From: Candidatus Eiseniibacteriota bacterium
Lineage (GTDB): Bacteria > Arandabacterota > Arandabacteria > Arandabacterales > Arandabacteraceae
DNA: 64,000 bases
Assembly: GCA_043810925.1 (NCBI GenBank)
Contig: JBDRNT010000161.1
Location: 64,001-128,000, forward strand
Reading direction: 5' to 3'
How positions within the stretch are numbered: the first letter of the stretch is position 1; every line of letters starts with the position of its first letter. The notes beneath the pieces were generated by a model that did no database searches, was not told where the DNA came from, and saw nothing but the letters and a program-made list of their open reading frames with translations. Both the position numbers and the translations under genes were made by a program. Positions 9,393-21,273 of the stretch are shown piece after piece.

Positions 9393-11029
9393 GAGTAAAA
9401 GGGCGTTAAGGCTCCCTTTCCAGGCACAGATCCGCTTCTCTCGCGCTTCTCGATCAACGCGGCGATTCCGTGTGCGATGTCTTCAGGTTGCGGCGCGGAG
9501 TCAATCGAGCCGATGTCCAAGACGTCAAAGGACGCGATTTCGTTGATCCTGGCCTTGCGTAGCTCCTCCAGCAGTTTGAGCTGGGCCCTGATCCTGTTGA
9601 CTAAGACCTCCAGGCCGGCTGCGTCAGCGCATGCGACAAGGTACACTGTCTCACTGCGCTCTCCACGACCCATTTGGGGAAGGACAACGTCCCGGCCCAT
9701 CAAGCTACAACGCTCAAGCAGTTGCCGAACCTGCTGAACCACTTTCGGCGGCACGCGGGCGGGCAGGGGCTCTCCTCCAACCGAGAGATCTACACTGATC
9801 AGAGCTATGGAGCCGTTTCGCAAGTTCTCCGCGGTAAGAATCGGCCTGATAAGGCCGACGAGTGAGAAAGCAGGCAAGGTGAAGTGGAAGGTGGTGCCGC
9901 GGCCGATCTCGCTTTCCGCCCATATCCGGCCTCCGTGGCACGAAACGATTTCCTTGCAGATGTAAAGACCGAGGCCGAGCCCCTTGCGGCTCAGGTCTAC
10001 TGTTGCCTTCCCCTGGTAGAGGCATTCGAAGACCTTCTCGGTCTCCTTGGGATCAATACCGTATCCGGTATCCGATACTGCCAGACATAAGGACGAGGTA
10101 TCCTCACTTGACACGGCACCAGTCACCGTGATCGAACCACCTTCGGGTGTGAACTTGATCGCGTTGTCAATCAGGTTGGTGAGGACCTCCCGCACCCGGT
10201 CTGGATCGGCGTACGCCTGGGGCAGGTCGTTCGGAAAGTGGGCAGACAAAGCTATGCCCTTCCCACCCGCACAGGCCATGAATGCGTTGGTCACCTCCGC
10301 CATGATTTCTGCCACGGCGGTGCGACACGGTTCCACAGTCAGTCTACTTTCCCGGATGCGGGTAACCGCCAGAAGGCCATCGATCATGGACACGAGCTGG
10401 TTCACGTTCTTAAGTATGGTCTGCAGGTGATCACGTTGCTCGGCGCTCATGTGACCTGCCAGGCCATCAGCAAGAATCGTGACGAATTGATGGATGACAG
10501 CGACAGGTGAACGGAGCTCATGAGACACATGGGAGAGAAACTGGTCTTTCGTTCGAAGCTCCTGCCGTCGCGTCTCTTCCAGTTGCTTCAGCATTTCCTG
10601 TCGCTCTATCGCATAGCGAATCGATCGCGAAAGCAGATCGCCGTCTATATGTCCCTTGATCAGGTAATCCTGTGCGCCTTCACGCAGGGCGCCCGCTGCG
10701 ACTCTCTCGTCCGCGAGGCCGGTCAGTACTACAACGGGAATCTGGGAGGCCGCCTCGTGTATTTTCGAGAATGTACCCAGCCCCTGGCTATCAGGTAGTG
10801 AAAGATCAAGCAGCACAACATCGATATCCTGACTCGCCAGACACTCAAGACTGCTCTCAAGGCGACCTCGGACCTCAACGTCAAACCGCACAGCACCTGT
10901 CTCAGAGAGCATCTCTTTGATCAGCCGTGCATCACCCTGGTTGTCTTCAACAAGGAGAATGCTGATCTTCTGGCCCGTTATTGCGCTCCGGGTCGCGTCA
11001 ACTGGTTGTTCTGATTTCGGAATTTGCAT
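9389..11029 (-). CDS. Receiver-histidine kinase hybrid (N-terminal REC)
   Basis: ILLVEDN...VLLDLSLPD receiver; VSHELRSP H-box; NLIDNAIKF; GLGLGLYI; C-terminal extension. Confidence 0.9.
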   Translation of the reverse strand: MQIPKSEQPVDATRSAITGQKISILLVEDNQGDARLIKEMLSETGAVRFDVEVRGRLESSLECLASQDIDVVLLDLSLPDSQGLGTFSKIHEAASQIPVVVLTGLADERVAAGALREGAQDYLIKGHIDGDLLSRSIRYAIERQEMLKQLEETRRQELRTKDQFLSHVSHELRSPVAVIHQFVTILADGLAGHMSAEQRDHLQTILKNVNQLVSMIDGLLAVTRIRESRLTVEPCRTAVAEIMAEVTNAFMACAGGKGIALSAHFPNDLPQAYADPDRVREVLTNLIDNAIKFTPEGGSITVTGAVSSEDTSSLCLAVSDTGYGIDPKETEKVFECLYQGKATVDLSRKGLGLGLYICKEIVSCHGGRIWAESEIGRGTTFHFTLPAFSLVGLIRPILTAENLRNGSIALISVDLSVGGEPLPARVPPKVVQQVRQLLERCSLMGRDVVLPQMGRGERSETVYLVACADAAGLEVLVNRIRAQLKLLEELRKARINEIASFDVLDIGSIDSAPQPEDIAHGIAALIEKRERSGSVPGKGALTPFYS

Positions 11030-11050
11030 GGTCCTTCATCACCGGCAAAG

Positions 11051-11489
<439 letters not shown>

Positions 11490-11497
<8 letters not shown>

Positions 11498-12359
11498 GTT
11501 TGGTAACCTCCTCTTGTTGTTCTGTCGGGATAGTGAAGTAGAATGTAGAGCCTTTTCCGGGCTCGGACTCCGCCCAGATTCTTCCCCCGTGGTGTTCGAC
11601 GATCCTTTTCGTGATAGCAAGACCGGCCCCCGTGCCGGGATATTCAGTACTGCCATGGGGGCGTCGAAAGATCACGAATATCCGATCCGTGTACTCAGGG
11701 TCAATCCCAATACCGTTGTCCTTGATGGAGAAGATCCATTCCTTGTCAGCCCGGCGGGCGGAGACGTGAATGCGGGACACGTTCTCTTGCCGCCGGAACT
11801 TCATAGCGTTCCCGATGAGATTTCGGAAGACCTGCGCCAGCTGGCGCTTGTCCGCAGTGATCGTCGGCAACGTATCGCGCGTGATAGCAGCGTGTTCTCC
11901 CCGTCCCGGAGGGTTAAGGCTGGAGATCACCTTGTCAAGGAGTACGTCACAATTACAGGGTTGCCTGGGTCTTACGCGTGTGGGCACTCGAGAAAACGCG
12001 ACAAGATCATTGATCAGTCTGCGCATTCTCTTTGCACCGCCAACAGCGAAGGAGATGAAGTCATCCGCATCTCCATTCAGCTTCCCCTTATAGCGTTGAT
12101 CCACTAACTGCAGGTAGCTTGAAACCAGGCGTAAGGGTTCCTGGAGATCATGGGTTACCACATCAAGAATCTGCTCCAGCTCCCGGTTGACGAGTTCCAG
12201 CTGGAGAACTTTCTCCTTGAGTCTTTCCTCTGCGTCCTTGCGTTGACTGATTTCCTTCTCGAGACGCTCGTTCGACCATTCGAGCTGTTCTTGATACGCC
12301 CTGGGCTCGCCCTCCGTTCCGGGGTCTCTAATGGCGTGTGTTTTCCGGGTGTTCGTCAC
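11490..12359 (-). CDS. Histidine kinase, Cph1-type core with no sensor domain
   Basis: Coiled coil then [33 protein letters not shown]. Confidence 0.88.
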
Positions 12360-12390
12360 AGTCCCAGGTGCCTTTGCTCAGAGCCTTGGC

Positions 12391-14976
12391 TCATGTTCTC
12401 ACCGGCATCCCGATCTCAGAACTCGTCGGCGCCGGGAGTTCAGCCTTACTGAAGGGAATCGTGAAGTAGAATGTCGAGCCTTCACCAGGGGCCGATTCCA
12501 CGTGTATTCTCCCCCCGTGGCGTTCAACGATCTTCTTGCAGATCGCTAGGCCCATGCCTGTCCCCGGGTATTCATCGCGTGCATGCAGCTGCTGGAAAAT
12601 CACAAAGATGCGATCCTTTGACTCCGGATCGACGCCGATGCCTTCATCAGCAACCGAGAATACCCATTCATCGTCCCTACGCTCAGCAGATATGTGGATC
12701 CGGGGATTCCTTTCACCATGAAACTTGATCGCATTTCCTATCAGGTTCTGAAACACACGAACGAGCTGTTTCTCGTCGGCTGTCACCACAGGCAGGTCAG
12801 CATATGTGACCTCTGCCTGCGTTTCATCTATCGCCACCTTCAGGTCGCGTAAGACTTCTCTTATGACCGATTCACAATCGGTGGGCTCGAAGGGCCTTCC
12901 TTGTCTACCTATACAGGAATAGTCCAACAGTCCGTCTATCAGTCCTTTCATTCGTTTCGCGCCATCCGCGGCGTAACCGATGAAATCCGTGGCATCTCCG
13001 TCCAACAGCTTGCCGTAACGGCGTTCCAACAGTTGGACATAGCTTGCAACCATACGGAGAGGCTCCTTGAGGTCGTGAGAAGCCACGTAGGCAAACTGCT
13101 CCAGTTCTGAGTTGGAGCGCTCGAGTTCCAGGTTGGCCACCTTAAGTCTCTCCTCGGCCTGCTGCCGCTTACGTGCCAGTCTGTCTCTCTGCAGTCTTGC
13201 CTTAAGAATAGGAGCGATGTGCTTGCCGATGACCTCCAGCAGGTTGAGGTCAATCCTGTCATAATCGCTTTCCTTGTTAGCCACCTGGATAAGCCCGATA
13301 GTCTCGTTCTGATGCACGATGGGAAGCGAGATATGCCGGCGCATGGCAACATGACCGTCGGGCGTCTTGCCCGAAGGTTGATTTGAATAGACGGGTTGCT
13401 TATCTCTAATGCACCGGCACCATGAAGTGTCGCCCCAGGTATCGCGAGGAAACACAAATCGCTTATCCGTAACCCGGCACCCGTCCCATGCCTCCTCAGT
13501 CATAGTGGGAACAACCAGCGCGCCATCCTCGTCGAGATGTCCGAAAACACCGCACTCGCTTGCCATCGCTTCAAGAATGACTCTCAGGACTTCTCCGTAC
13601 ATGTCCTCGTCGGAGACGGTCAGGAAGATTTCGTTCACCCTGTTTCGAATGGCGAGTTCGCGCTCCGACTTTCTCAGCGCCTCCTCCGCCGTAGATGTGT
13701 ATATGACCTGGGCCGCCGTGCCGGCGATATTGTCCAGATGCGCTGCCTCTTCAGAATAGATCGGATGGCTGGCGAAGACCGCCAACACACCCATTGGTTC
13801 CCCGGTCTCCGAAAGAAGGCGGAAACCTGCAAACGACACCAGGCCCAGCTTCTTTGCCCACTCATGGTCGTGTACGCGCGGGTCAGCCGTCACGTTGTTG
13901 GTGATGAACCGCGCGTACTTACCGGAGGCGATCAGTCCGATGTTGTAGCATCCGAAGGGGACCCGTCTGTGCATGTCACCGTCTGTGTGGGTGTAGCGAC
14001 CCGAGCTGGTGGCGAGGTGAAGACATCTCTCATGACTTCGACAAACATGTGGCTCATCGGCAGGACCGGCATGGAAACAACCGGAATCACACATGTCCCC
14101 TGGCTTCGCAAGCCAGATCCGGGCGAAATCGGCATCGAAAATATCCACCACGCTATCGGTTATGAGCCTGAGTTTCGGGCCCAGGTTGTTCGGACCCAGC
14201 AGGTTCTCCTTCAGGCGGTTTAGACCCTCCATCCGCCGCTCCGCTCGCTTCTGTTCGGTGATGTCGCGGGCAATAACAGCAAGGCGCCGCACCTTGCCGG
14301 CAGCGTCAAAGACCGGACAAATCTTCTGATCGAACCACCGTCCGTGCTCTTGATCCTCAAAACGTACCGGCTTGCCGCTGGTGATGACGTCCTCCGCCCG
14401 GGCCGTTCTCCTTCTTGCCACATCCGGTTCGTGTATTTCGGATACCTTCTTTCCAATGATTTCATTCTTGGGTCGTCCAATCACCCGCGATGCCGCGTCG
14501 TTTACAGCCACGACGGATCCCTTAGTATCGACCAGCAGCGCAACGTCCGTAGACGCATTCAGGATTGCCTGGGCCTGTTCCTCGCTTTCACGCAGTGCTT
14601 TCTCGGTTTGATGTTTCTCGGCGGCTCGACGCACAACTGATACCAGCTGTTTGGTGTCGTAGGGTTTCTCTATATAGCTGTACGCACCCATATTGACCGC
14701 ATCGATCGCCGACTCTTGCGAGGCATGCCCTGTCATCAGGATGCATTCGGTGGCTGGAGAGTGTTCTCTCACCCGGCGTATCACGTCGAGGCCCGACATG
14801 TCCGACAGCTTGAGATCGATCAGGGCAACTGCGGGTGTCTCCTCGGTGGCCAGATCAACACCTCTCCGGCCGTCAGCCGCCGTTAAAGGAACCGCACCTT
14901 CGGCGATTAGAAAATCCGAGAGAAACGTAAGAAGCTTTGGATCGTCATCTATGACGAGGACTTTAGTCCCATCCAT
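12391..14976 (-). CDS. REC-PAS-GAF-GAF histidine kinase (Cph1-type core)
   Basis: N-terminal receiver VALIDLKL, PAS, Cys-rich GAF, second GAF, ASHDLKEPL H-box. Confidence 0.92.
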   Translation of the reverse strand: MDGTKVLVIDDDPKLLTFLSDFLIAEGAVPLTAADGRRGVDLATEETPAVALIDLKLSDMSGLDVIRRVREHSPATECILMTGHASQESAIDAVNMGAYSYIEKPYDTKQLVSVVRRAAEKHQTEKALRESEEQAQAILNASTDVALLVDTKGSVVAVNDAASRVIGRPKNEIIGKKVSEIHEPDVARRRTARAEDVITSGKPVRFEDQEHGRWFDQKICPVFDAAGKVRRLAVIARDITEQKRAERRMEGLNRLKENLLGPNNLGPKLRLITDSVVDIFDADFARIWLAKPGDMCDSGCFHAGPADEPHVCRSHERCLHLATSSGRYTHTDGDMHRRVPFGCYNIGLIASGKYARFITNNVTADPRVHDHEWAKKLGLVSFAGFRLLSETGEPMGVLAVFASHPIYSEEAAHLDNIAGTAAQVIYTSTAEEALRKSERELAIRNRVNEIFLTVSDEDMYGEVLRVILEAMASECGVFGHLDEDGALVVPTMTEEAWDGCRVTDKRFVFPRDTWGDTSWCRCIRDKQPVYSNQPSGKTPDGHVAMRRHISLPIVHQNETIGLIQVANKESDYDRIDLNLLEVIGKHIAPILKARLQRDRLARKRQQAEERLKVANLELERSNSELEQFAYVASHDLKEPLRMVASYVQLLERRYGKLLDGDATDFIGYAADGAKRMKGLIDGLLDYSCIGRQGRPFEPTDCESVIREVLRDLKVAIDETQAEVTYADLPVVTADEKQLVRVFQNLIGNAIKFHGERNPRIHISAERRDDEWVFSVADEGIGVDPESKDRIFVIFQQLHARDEYPGTGMGLAICKKIVERHGGRIHVESAPGEGSTFYFTIPFSKAELPAPTSSEIGMPVRT

Positions 14977-15162
14977 CAGATCTCGCTCACCTCCCTGTCA
15001 AGGCTACCTGGCCTGGAGGACACCATGGTCGACGATGATCACTTTCGGTCATGGTCTCAAGTAAGTGTGTGCCTGGGGATCGTCTGCGGCGGCAATTGAG
15101 AAACTGGTGTGCAGATTTACACGCAAGTTGATGCTCACGACACTGAGCGCATAGATATACCA

Positions 15163-15212
15163 CATGACGACCTCCAATCCAGTGTTTCGGCAGGAGCTAG
15201 CGGCAGGATTAG
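15163..15212 (-). promoter_or_regulatory. sigma28-like promoter + RBS cassette, copy 3
   Basis: CTAAT-N16-GCCGAAAC-N8-GGAGGTCGTCATG. Confidence 0.65.
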
Positions 15213-15325
15213 CGCAGAATCAGTAATTCAGAGAGATGACGTTTCGTAGTATGCTCAGGACATATCCGCAGTGTTGGGGCTTCGCTCGTGGCTTGTGATC
15301 CGAAGGGCCCAAATCGGGATAGGCC

Positions 15326-15781
15326 TTACTGTTCCTGCCTGTCGGGCAACTCGACGATTGAAAGCCAGAAGTTCTTGATGGCCTTAATGACGTTGGAGAA
15401 CTCGTCGAGGTCAACAGGCTTGGTTATATAGCAGTTCGCGTGCAGATCATAGGCTTTCGCGATGTCCTCCTCGGCCTTTGACGCGGTCAGAACAACCACC
15501 GGGATGCGTCTGAGATACCTATCGGCCTTTATTTCTGCAAGCACCTCACGGCCGTCCTTCTTGCGTAGATTGAGGTCGAGCAGCAGAAGGTCGGGTGGTG
15601 CCGCATCAGTGTGTTCCCCTTCCCCGAGCAGGTAATCCAGTGCTTCCACCCCATCCTTAACGACACACATCTTGACTCGAATTCCCTCGTCCCTGACCAT
15701 TTCCTGTACGAGGCGCGCGTCGGCGGGGTTGTCTTCAACGAGGAGAATCTCGACAGGTCTCTTTGCTGTGTGCGTATCCAA
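15326..15781 (-). CDS. Single-domain response regulator (Rcp1-like)
   Basis: [34 protein letters not shown] before TTG. Confidence 0.92.
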   Translation of the reverse strand: MDTHTAKRPVEILLVEDNPADARLVQEMVRDEGIRVKMCVVKDGVEALDYLLGEGEHTDAAPPDLLLLDLNLRKKDGREVLAEIKADRYLRRIPVVVLTASKAEEDIAKAYDLHANCYITKPVDLDEFSNVIKAIKNFWLSIVELPDRQEQ

Positions 15782-15880
15782 GGTATACTACCTCCTGATC
15801 TCAGTGGACTTGATATACGGAGTGTTGCACAGAAGTGTACCGATAGCCGGCATCCATGCAGTTGTGCAGGACCTTACTTC

Positions 15881-15930
15881 CATAACGACCTCCTGAGGGC
15901 TTTTTCGGCTGGGGAAGTGCACGAGTTTAG
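15881..15930 (-). promoter_or_regulatory. sigma28-like promoter + RBS cassette, copy 4
   Basis: CTAAA-N16-GCCGAAAA-N8-GGAGGTCGTTATG. Confidence 0.7.
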
Positions 15931-15943
15931 TGCAAAGTTCGCA

Positions 15944-18562
15944 TTAAGGGGTGAGCTGGAGCTCTTTCTCGGCTGATGTCTCGATCGGGCTTGATTCAAG
16001 GGCAACCTTCACAGCTCGCAGCAGATCGACCAGCGTATGAGGCTTCGGAAGGAAACGAAATCCACGTTCGGATATGACAGACCGCTGGGCCTTGTCATCG
16101 GCGTAGCCACTGCTCAAAAGAACCCTAAGATCGGATCTGATGCCGAGAAGCCGGTCAACCAGTTGCAAGCCTGTCATGTCCGGAAGCACGACATCGCTGA
16201 AGACAAGATCAAGGTCCTCACCCTCCTTCACAAAGGTGTCGACCGCGTCTTCAGCGTTTGCCGCGTCTATAACTCTATAGCCATGCTCCGAAAGCATCCG
16301 TCCGGCAAGCCCGCGGAGCTGGTCATCATCCTCGACGATGAGTATCCGTTCACCGCTGCCCCGGTAGTCCGCATGAGTGATTGTCTCCGGACTCTCGGGT
16401 CTTGATTCCGCTGGAAGAGATTTGAGGTAGACATTGAACGTCGTGCCTTCTCCCGGCCGGCTGGACACGTCTATCCGCCCGCCGTGCTGCTTGACAATGC
16501 CGTACACCACCGAAAGCCCTAACCCGGTGCCACGGCCGGCCTCCTTTGTGGTAAAGAACGGCTCAAAGATGCGCTGAGCAGTGGCTTCGTCCATGCCTGT
16601 ACCATTGTCTGAGACAGACATGCGAACATACCGGCCAGGCTCCATGTCCTTCCTGACAGCACACTGGTCTTCGGTCAGCAGCACGTTGTCTGTTGTTATG
16701 GTGATCTCTCCCCCGTCAGGCATTGCATCCCTGGCATTCAACGCCAGGTTCATGATCACCTGTTCGAGATTCCCCCTGTCACCGCTTATCGGTCCAAGAT
16801 CGGGCTCGAGGGCCGCACTGATCCGTACGTCCTCACCTATCAGCCGTTCGAGCATCCTGATCATGTTGCCCACAATATCGTTGAGATCCAGTATAGACGC
16901 CTTAATAGGCTGCTGCCGGCTGAATAGCAGCAGCTGGCGGGTAAGATCGGCTGCCGATGAGCCCGCATCCGCTATCTGTTTGATATCGTCGTATACAGCG
17001 TCCTGTTCATCGAGTTTACGCATCGCAAGGTCGCTGTAACCCAGGATTGTCGCAAGAAGGTTGTTGAAATCATGCGCTACACCACCTGCCAGTGCTCCAA
17101 CCGCTTCCATCTTCTGGGCCTGGAGCAACTGGGCCTGCATTTTCTCCTTCTCCTCCTGCGCCAGCATCCGCTCGGTTACATCCCTGAAGACCCCCATGAG
17201 AAAGGTCCTGCCGTCCAAATCAATCGGAACTGAGTTAATGTCCGCGTAGAAGACACTGCCGTCCTTCCGCTTGACGGGGCAGTCCTTTGCAAGTGTGATT
17301 TCTCCCCTGACCTGTTTCTCAAACTGCTCTCTTACCCAGGCCAGGGACTCTGCGGGGTGGATATCCGTGACCGCGACGTTCTGGATTTCTTCAGAGCTGT
17401 ACCCCAACATCTGCGCCATGCGCTTGTTCGCCATGAAAAACATCTGGGTCTCGTGCTCTGCGATAAGAATCCCGTCGGCCGTGCTCTCGAAAATCGTCTC
17501 GAATCTCCGCCGGGACTCTTCCATGGCTGCTTCGGCCGCCCTGGCCTCCGTAACGTCCTGGACCGTGCCCATCATGACCTCGGACTCACCGTCATGGCCG
17601 AACCGTCTTACCTCCGGGTGAGTTGCGTATATCAGGCGCACCTCGCCGTCCGGACGCAGAATGCGGTACTCAAGCGGGTCTCCGTTGCCCCCATCCGCAA
17701 CCGTCTTCATCGCCCCAAGAATGGCTTCTCTGTCATCCGGGTGTATGGATGTCCGAATCAGAGACTGGACACTGTCAAACTCACCGCTCCCCGGAATACC
17801 ATAGATTCGGCACATCTCTTCCGATAGCCGGAACGAGCCATCCCTTATGTTCCATTCCCAACTGCCCACATGAGCAATCTCCTGGGCTTTCTTCAGACTG
17901 TACTCGCTTTGTGCCAGCGCTTCCTCCGCACACTTACGCTCGGTTATGTCTTTCGTTACGGCAATGAAGGACACCGGCTCACCGGCTTGATTGCGGATCA
18001 CACTCGAGGATAGCTCCCCCTCGAACCTCCTATTACCCTTGGCCAGGAGCGTATATACCACATTTCTTATGATGCCTTCCTCAAGTGTCCTCTTAATGTT
18101 CTCCAGAGCTCTCTCATGCTCCTCCGGTACGATGAAGTCCAGGACGCTCCTGCCGACTATCTCCCCCTTTGAGGAACCGCCATGCAGCCGCACTGTGGCC
18201 TCATTGCAGTCCGTGATTATTCCATTCAGATCAGTTGCCGTGATCGCCTCGGGGGATGACTCCAGCATTGTTCTGAACTTGTCTTCACTCGCCATCTGCG
18301 CATCGACGGCACGCTTCCGCTCAGTGACGCAGATCCTGGTCTTATCACGCTCAGATTGAAGTAGCTCCCGATGTTTCCGCCGCTGATATATGACTCTAAG
18401 AAGAAGGAGCACAAGTATGGTGAGGACGGCGTAAGTCGGGGCTCGGTCTACGAGCAGGCTGTGAGGCAGGTTCGATGAAAGCGGGGTCAGTAGTGCCTGG
18501 ACCGCATAAAGCGATACAACAAAAGCAATCACATAGACCGCTACCTTATGCTCATCCTTCAC
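15944..18562 (-). CDS. Hybrid histidine kinase (2 TM, 3 PAS, kinase, receiver)
   Basis: [10 protein letters not shown]-box, [21 protein letters not shown], receiver LVFSDVVLP; start moved to GTG 18562 by SD and by homology with the gene starting at 9345. Confidence 0.93.
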   Translation of the reverse strand: MKDEHKVAVYVIAFVVSLYAVQALLTPLSSNLPHSLLVDRAPTYAVLTILVLLLLRVIYQRRKHRELLQSERDKTRICVTERKRAVDAQMASEDKFRTMLESSPEAITATDLNGIITDCNEATVRLHGGSSKGEIVGRSVLDFIVPEEHERALENIKRTLEEGIIRNVVYTLLAKGNRRFEGELSSSVIRNQAGEPVSFIAVTKDITERKCAEEALAQSEYSLKKAQEIAHVGSWEWNIRDGSFRLSEEMCRIYGIPGSGEFDSVQSLIRTSIHPDDREAILGAMKTVADGGNGDPLEYRILRPDGEVRLIYATHPEVRRFGHDGESEVMMGTVQDVTEARAAEAAMEESRRRFETIFESTADGILIAEHETQMFFMANKRMAQMLGYSSEEIQNVAVTDIHPAESLAWVREQFEKQVRGEITLAKDCPVKRKDGSVFYADINSVPIDLDGRTFLMGVFRDVTERMLAQEEKEKMQAQLLQAQKMEAVGALAGGVAHDFNNLLATILGYSDLAMRKLDEQDAVYDDIKQIADAGSSAADLTRQLLLFSRQQPIKASILDLNDIVGNMIRMLERLIGEDVRISAALEPDLGPISGDRGNLEQVIMNLALNARDAMPDGGEITITTDNVLLTEDQCAVRKDMEPGRYVRMSVSDNGTGMDEATAQRIFEPFFTTKEAGRGTGLGLSVVYGIVKQHGGRIDVSSRPGEGTTFNVYLKSLPAESRPESPETITHADYRGSGERILIVEDDDQLRGLAGRMLSEHGYRVIDAANAEDAVDTFVKEGEDLDLVFSDVVLPDMTGLQLVDRLLGIRSDLRVLLSSGYADDKAQRSVISERGFRFLPKPHTLVDLLRAVKVALESSPIETSAEKELQLTP

Positions 18563-18609
18563 GACGACCTCCAAGTCACGCTATCGGAAGCAGTGGGCAG
18601 GAAGTTTAG
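18560..18609 (-). promoter_or_regulatory. sigma28-like promoter + RBS cassette, copy 5
   Basis: CTAAA-N16-TCCGATAG-N8-GGAGGTCGTCGTG. Confidence 0.7.
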
Positions 18610-19025
18610 ATTTAAAATGTGAAAGTCTGGCGTACTTGCTGTGCGGGAGGACATCGCGCGGGGAGAACACCGGCGCATGAGGAATCAGATCGGCAGTTGA
18701 GGCGACGGAAGTTATCTCTGCTCGCTGGCCACAATCAGATCGCCCGTGGGCAGAAGACCCTCAGGAACCTCATGGCCCGATATGGCCTTCTTGTAGCGGC
18801 CGCAATCCTGGTATATCGTGCGGCAGAAGGCCCAGGCCAGATACTCCGTCTCGTCATCGGCCATTATCGTGCAGAACATTGAACATGTTTCAAGAAAAGG
18901 ACAGGCCATGTCTATTGTATCGGCACCGGGAGCTGAAAGCCTTAGGTGTCAGAACACCCAAACATAACGGTTTGCAGATTGTACCGGAAGAGTGCCTAAG
19001 CGACCGTTTTCACGAAACAAATCAG

Positions 19026-19054
19026 TTGACACAATTGCACGTCGTCATTATCTT
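19026..19054 (+). promoter_or_regulatory. sigma70-type promoter for recombinase operon
   Basis: TTGACA-N17-TATCTT. Confidence 0.6.
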
Positions 19055-19114
19055 AACGTTACTTTTGGGACGCATGTCAACGAAGGCACAATCTGAAATG
19101 AAAGGAGCATCGAC

Positions 19115-19984
19115 ATGCCGACGGCAAAACACCCCCCTGTCATTGGCGACCTTATCAAGAGGTACAAGCAGGAGTTGATCTCACGGGACTACAGTGCAAG
19201 AACAGCCGAAGTTTACGCAACATCTGTTTCTTCCTTCCTCAAGAATGTGCCCGATCCCGCGTCTCCCACAGAAGAAGATGCGAACAAGTACATAAAGGGG
19301 ATCCTCGACGGCACCACCAAGGGTGGCGCTTCCCAATCGTCGGTGGGTATCGCGGCAAGTGCGATCAAGCTCCTCTTCAAGCACACGCTCGGAACTCCTC
19401 TTAATCTGTCCGTTGAGCTCAAGCGGCGTGCCCGGCCTATGCCGACCATACTTGCGAGAGAAGAGATCCAGAAGGTCGTAGGTGTTACAAGGAATGTCAG
19501 CCACCGCCTCATCTTCCAGCTGATGTATTCGTCGGGACTCAAACTCGATGAGTTGCTCGGTCTCAAGGTCAAGGACGTTGACATCGACGGCAAGAACCTG
19601 GTGATCCGTGGTAATTCCACCAGCGGAAGAAAAGCCAAGCAAACCAGAACAACCATAATGTCGGAGAAGGTCGCCCCGATGCTCCACGCCTTCATAGTGG
19701 ACAGGGACACGGAAGCTTATGTTTTCCCGGGTATAGACGGCGGACATATGACTCCCAGAGCTGTCCAGAAGGCTTTCAAGCATGCTCTCAAGAAGGCCGG
19801 TGTCAACAAGAAGGCCAGCTGCAATTCTCTGCGACACTCCTTTGCCGTACACCAGCTTGAAAAAGGAGTGGATATCAAGCATGTCCGCAGGCTGCTCGGA
19901 CACGCGCGAACCGAGACCACATCGATTTACAAGAGACTGATATCCGATGATATAATAGACATAAAGAGCCCGCTGGACGCATAG
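19115..19984 (+). CDS. Tyrosine recombinase family protein (Xer/integron-integrase-like), with atypical catalytic residues
   Basis: N-terminal YSART..Y SAM-like domain; LMYSSGLKLDE, NSLRHSFA, LLGHARTETTSIY. Confidence 0.88.
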   Translation: MPTAKHPPVIGDLIKRYKQELISRDYSARTAEVYATSVSSFLKNVPDPASPTEEDANKYIKGILDGTTKGGASQSSVGIAASAIKLLFKHTLGTPLNLSVELKRRARPMPTILAREEIQKVVGVTRNVSHRLIFQLMYSSGLKLDELLGLKVKDVDIDGKNLVIRGNSTSGRKAKQTRTTIMSEKVAPMLHAFIVDRDTEAYVFPGIDGGHMTPRAVQKAFKHALKKAGVNKKASCNSLRHSFAVHQLEKGVDIKHVRRLLGHARTETTSIYKRLISDDIIDIKSPLDA

Positions 19985-20009
19985 GTGTTGCATATCACGG
20001 AGGGATGGA

Positions 20010-20483
20010 ATGGACACGTTCAAGGCAAGTGAGGTTCTTCGGGTTGCAATGAAGATCGAGGAGAATGGCGAGCGGCTATACCGCCACGCTACGACCCTGG
20101 CCGGTGATACGGAGACCAAAGACTTCTTTGGTTTTCTTGCCGATGAGGAGACGAAGCACAAGAAGACGTTCGAGGCTATGCTCTCAAAGGCCGAGCACTA
20201 CCAGCCGTCCGAGACCTATCCGGGTGAGCACCTTGTCTACCTCCGTGCATACGCGGATAACATAATCTTCTCGCCTGACAAAGTCGAAAAGGAGATCGCC
20301 GGCCTCACCGACGTGGACAGCGTGCTTGAGTTCGGAATTCAGCGGGAGATCGAGTCCATTCTCTATTATCTCGAGACCAGGAACCTGGTACCCGATAGTC
20401 AGCGTGAGCAGATTGACAAGATCATTGACGAGGAACGCAGGCACTATCTTAGGCTCGTCGATGTCAGAAAGAACCTGAGTTAG
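20010..20483 (+). CDS. Ferritin-like / rubrerythrin-family di-iron protein
   Basis: Two E...ExxH repeats (IEENG..LY...DEETKH; REIES..YY...EERRH). Confidence 0.88.
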   Translation: MDTFKASEVLRVAMKIEENGERLYRHATTLAGDTETKDFFGFLADEETKHKKTFEAMLSKAEHYQPSETYPGEHLVYLRAYADNIIFSPDKVEKEIAGLTDVDSVLEFGIQREIESILYYLETRNLVPDSQREQIDKIIDEERRHYLRLVDVRKNLS

Positions 20484-20511
20484 AGATCCGCCTATCATCG
20501 AGTCGCAGCGT

Positions 20512-21270
20512 ATGGGCGTTTTTGAGAAATTCGCACGCATCTACTCAGAGGGCGGCTACGGTGATTTCAGCAGGCGGATGGCCGACCTTCTGCCCGCAGC
20601 CCTGAGGCAGATCGGCTTCAAGCCCAGTACAGTTCTCGATCTTGCCTGTGGCGACGGGACCTTTGCTGTTGCCATGGCGGCGGACGGCTTCAGAGTAACC
20701 GGGCTTGACGTATCACCCCATTTGCTCGAATTCGCCGGGAAGAAAGCCGGGAAGGCAGACACCGGCGCCGAGTTTGTGTTGGGCGATATGCGCAAGCTCC
20801 CATTCAAGGAGCAGTTCGATCTCGTCACCTGCTGGTTCGATAGCCTCAATTATCTGACCGAATCCGAAGACCTCAAGGCGACCTTCACGGGCGTATCGCA
20901 TGCGCTCCGGCCGGGAGGACTCTTCATTTTCGACATGAATACCATTTACGGTCTCGCTGTCAACTGGCCGAAATCACCCTGTTACATACAGCAGGACGCC
21001 GATCGTATCTTCGAGGTTCACCTGCCGGCATTCGACCATGAGACCGGTCTCGCAAGCATGAGGATCATCGCGTTCTCGAAGCATGGCCGGACGTGGCAGC
21101 GGATAGAAGAGGAGCACGAGGAGCGCGGATATCCACAGCAGGAAATCAGGTCGTACCTCGGGAACGCAGGATTTCAGGTACTCGCATGCTGGGGAAGTTT
21201 CCGCGAGATGAGTGAGGCCAGGCCTGATAGCAGCCGCGTCTGGTATGTCGCGAAGAAAGCGGGCAAATAA
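20512..21270 (+). CDS. Class I SAM-dependent methyltransferase
   Basis: VLDLACGDG motif I, GDMR, FDSLNY, LRPGGLFIFD. Confidence 0.9.
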   Translation: MGVFEKFARIYSEGGYGDFSRRMADLLPAALRQIGFKPSTVLDLACGDGTFAVAMAADGFRVTGLDVSPHLLEFAGKKAGKADTGAEFVLGDMRKLPFKEQFDLVTCWFDSLNYLTESEDLKATFTGVSHALRPGGLFIFDMNTIYGLAVNWPKSPCYIQQDADRIFEVHLPAFDHETGLASMRIIAFSKHGRTWQRIEEEHEERGYPQQEIRSYLGNAGFQVLACWGSFREMSEARPDSSRVWYVAKKAGK

Positions 21271-21273
21271 CAC

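Noticed and set aside
18960-19015. attC/attI-like site upstream of the integron-integrase-like recombinase (ACATAAC...GTT)
   Set aside because: The right end GTTTTCA does not fit GTTRRRY, pairing is poor, there is no cassette array, and the protein shows no obvious IntI-specific insertion.
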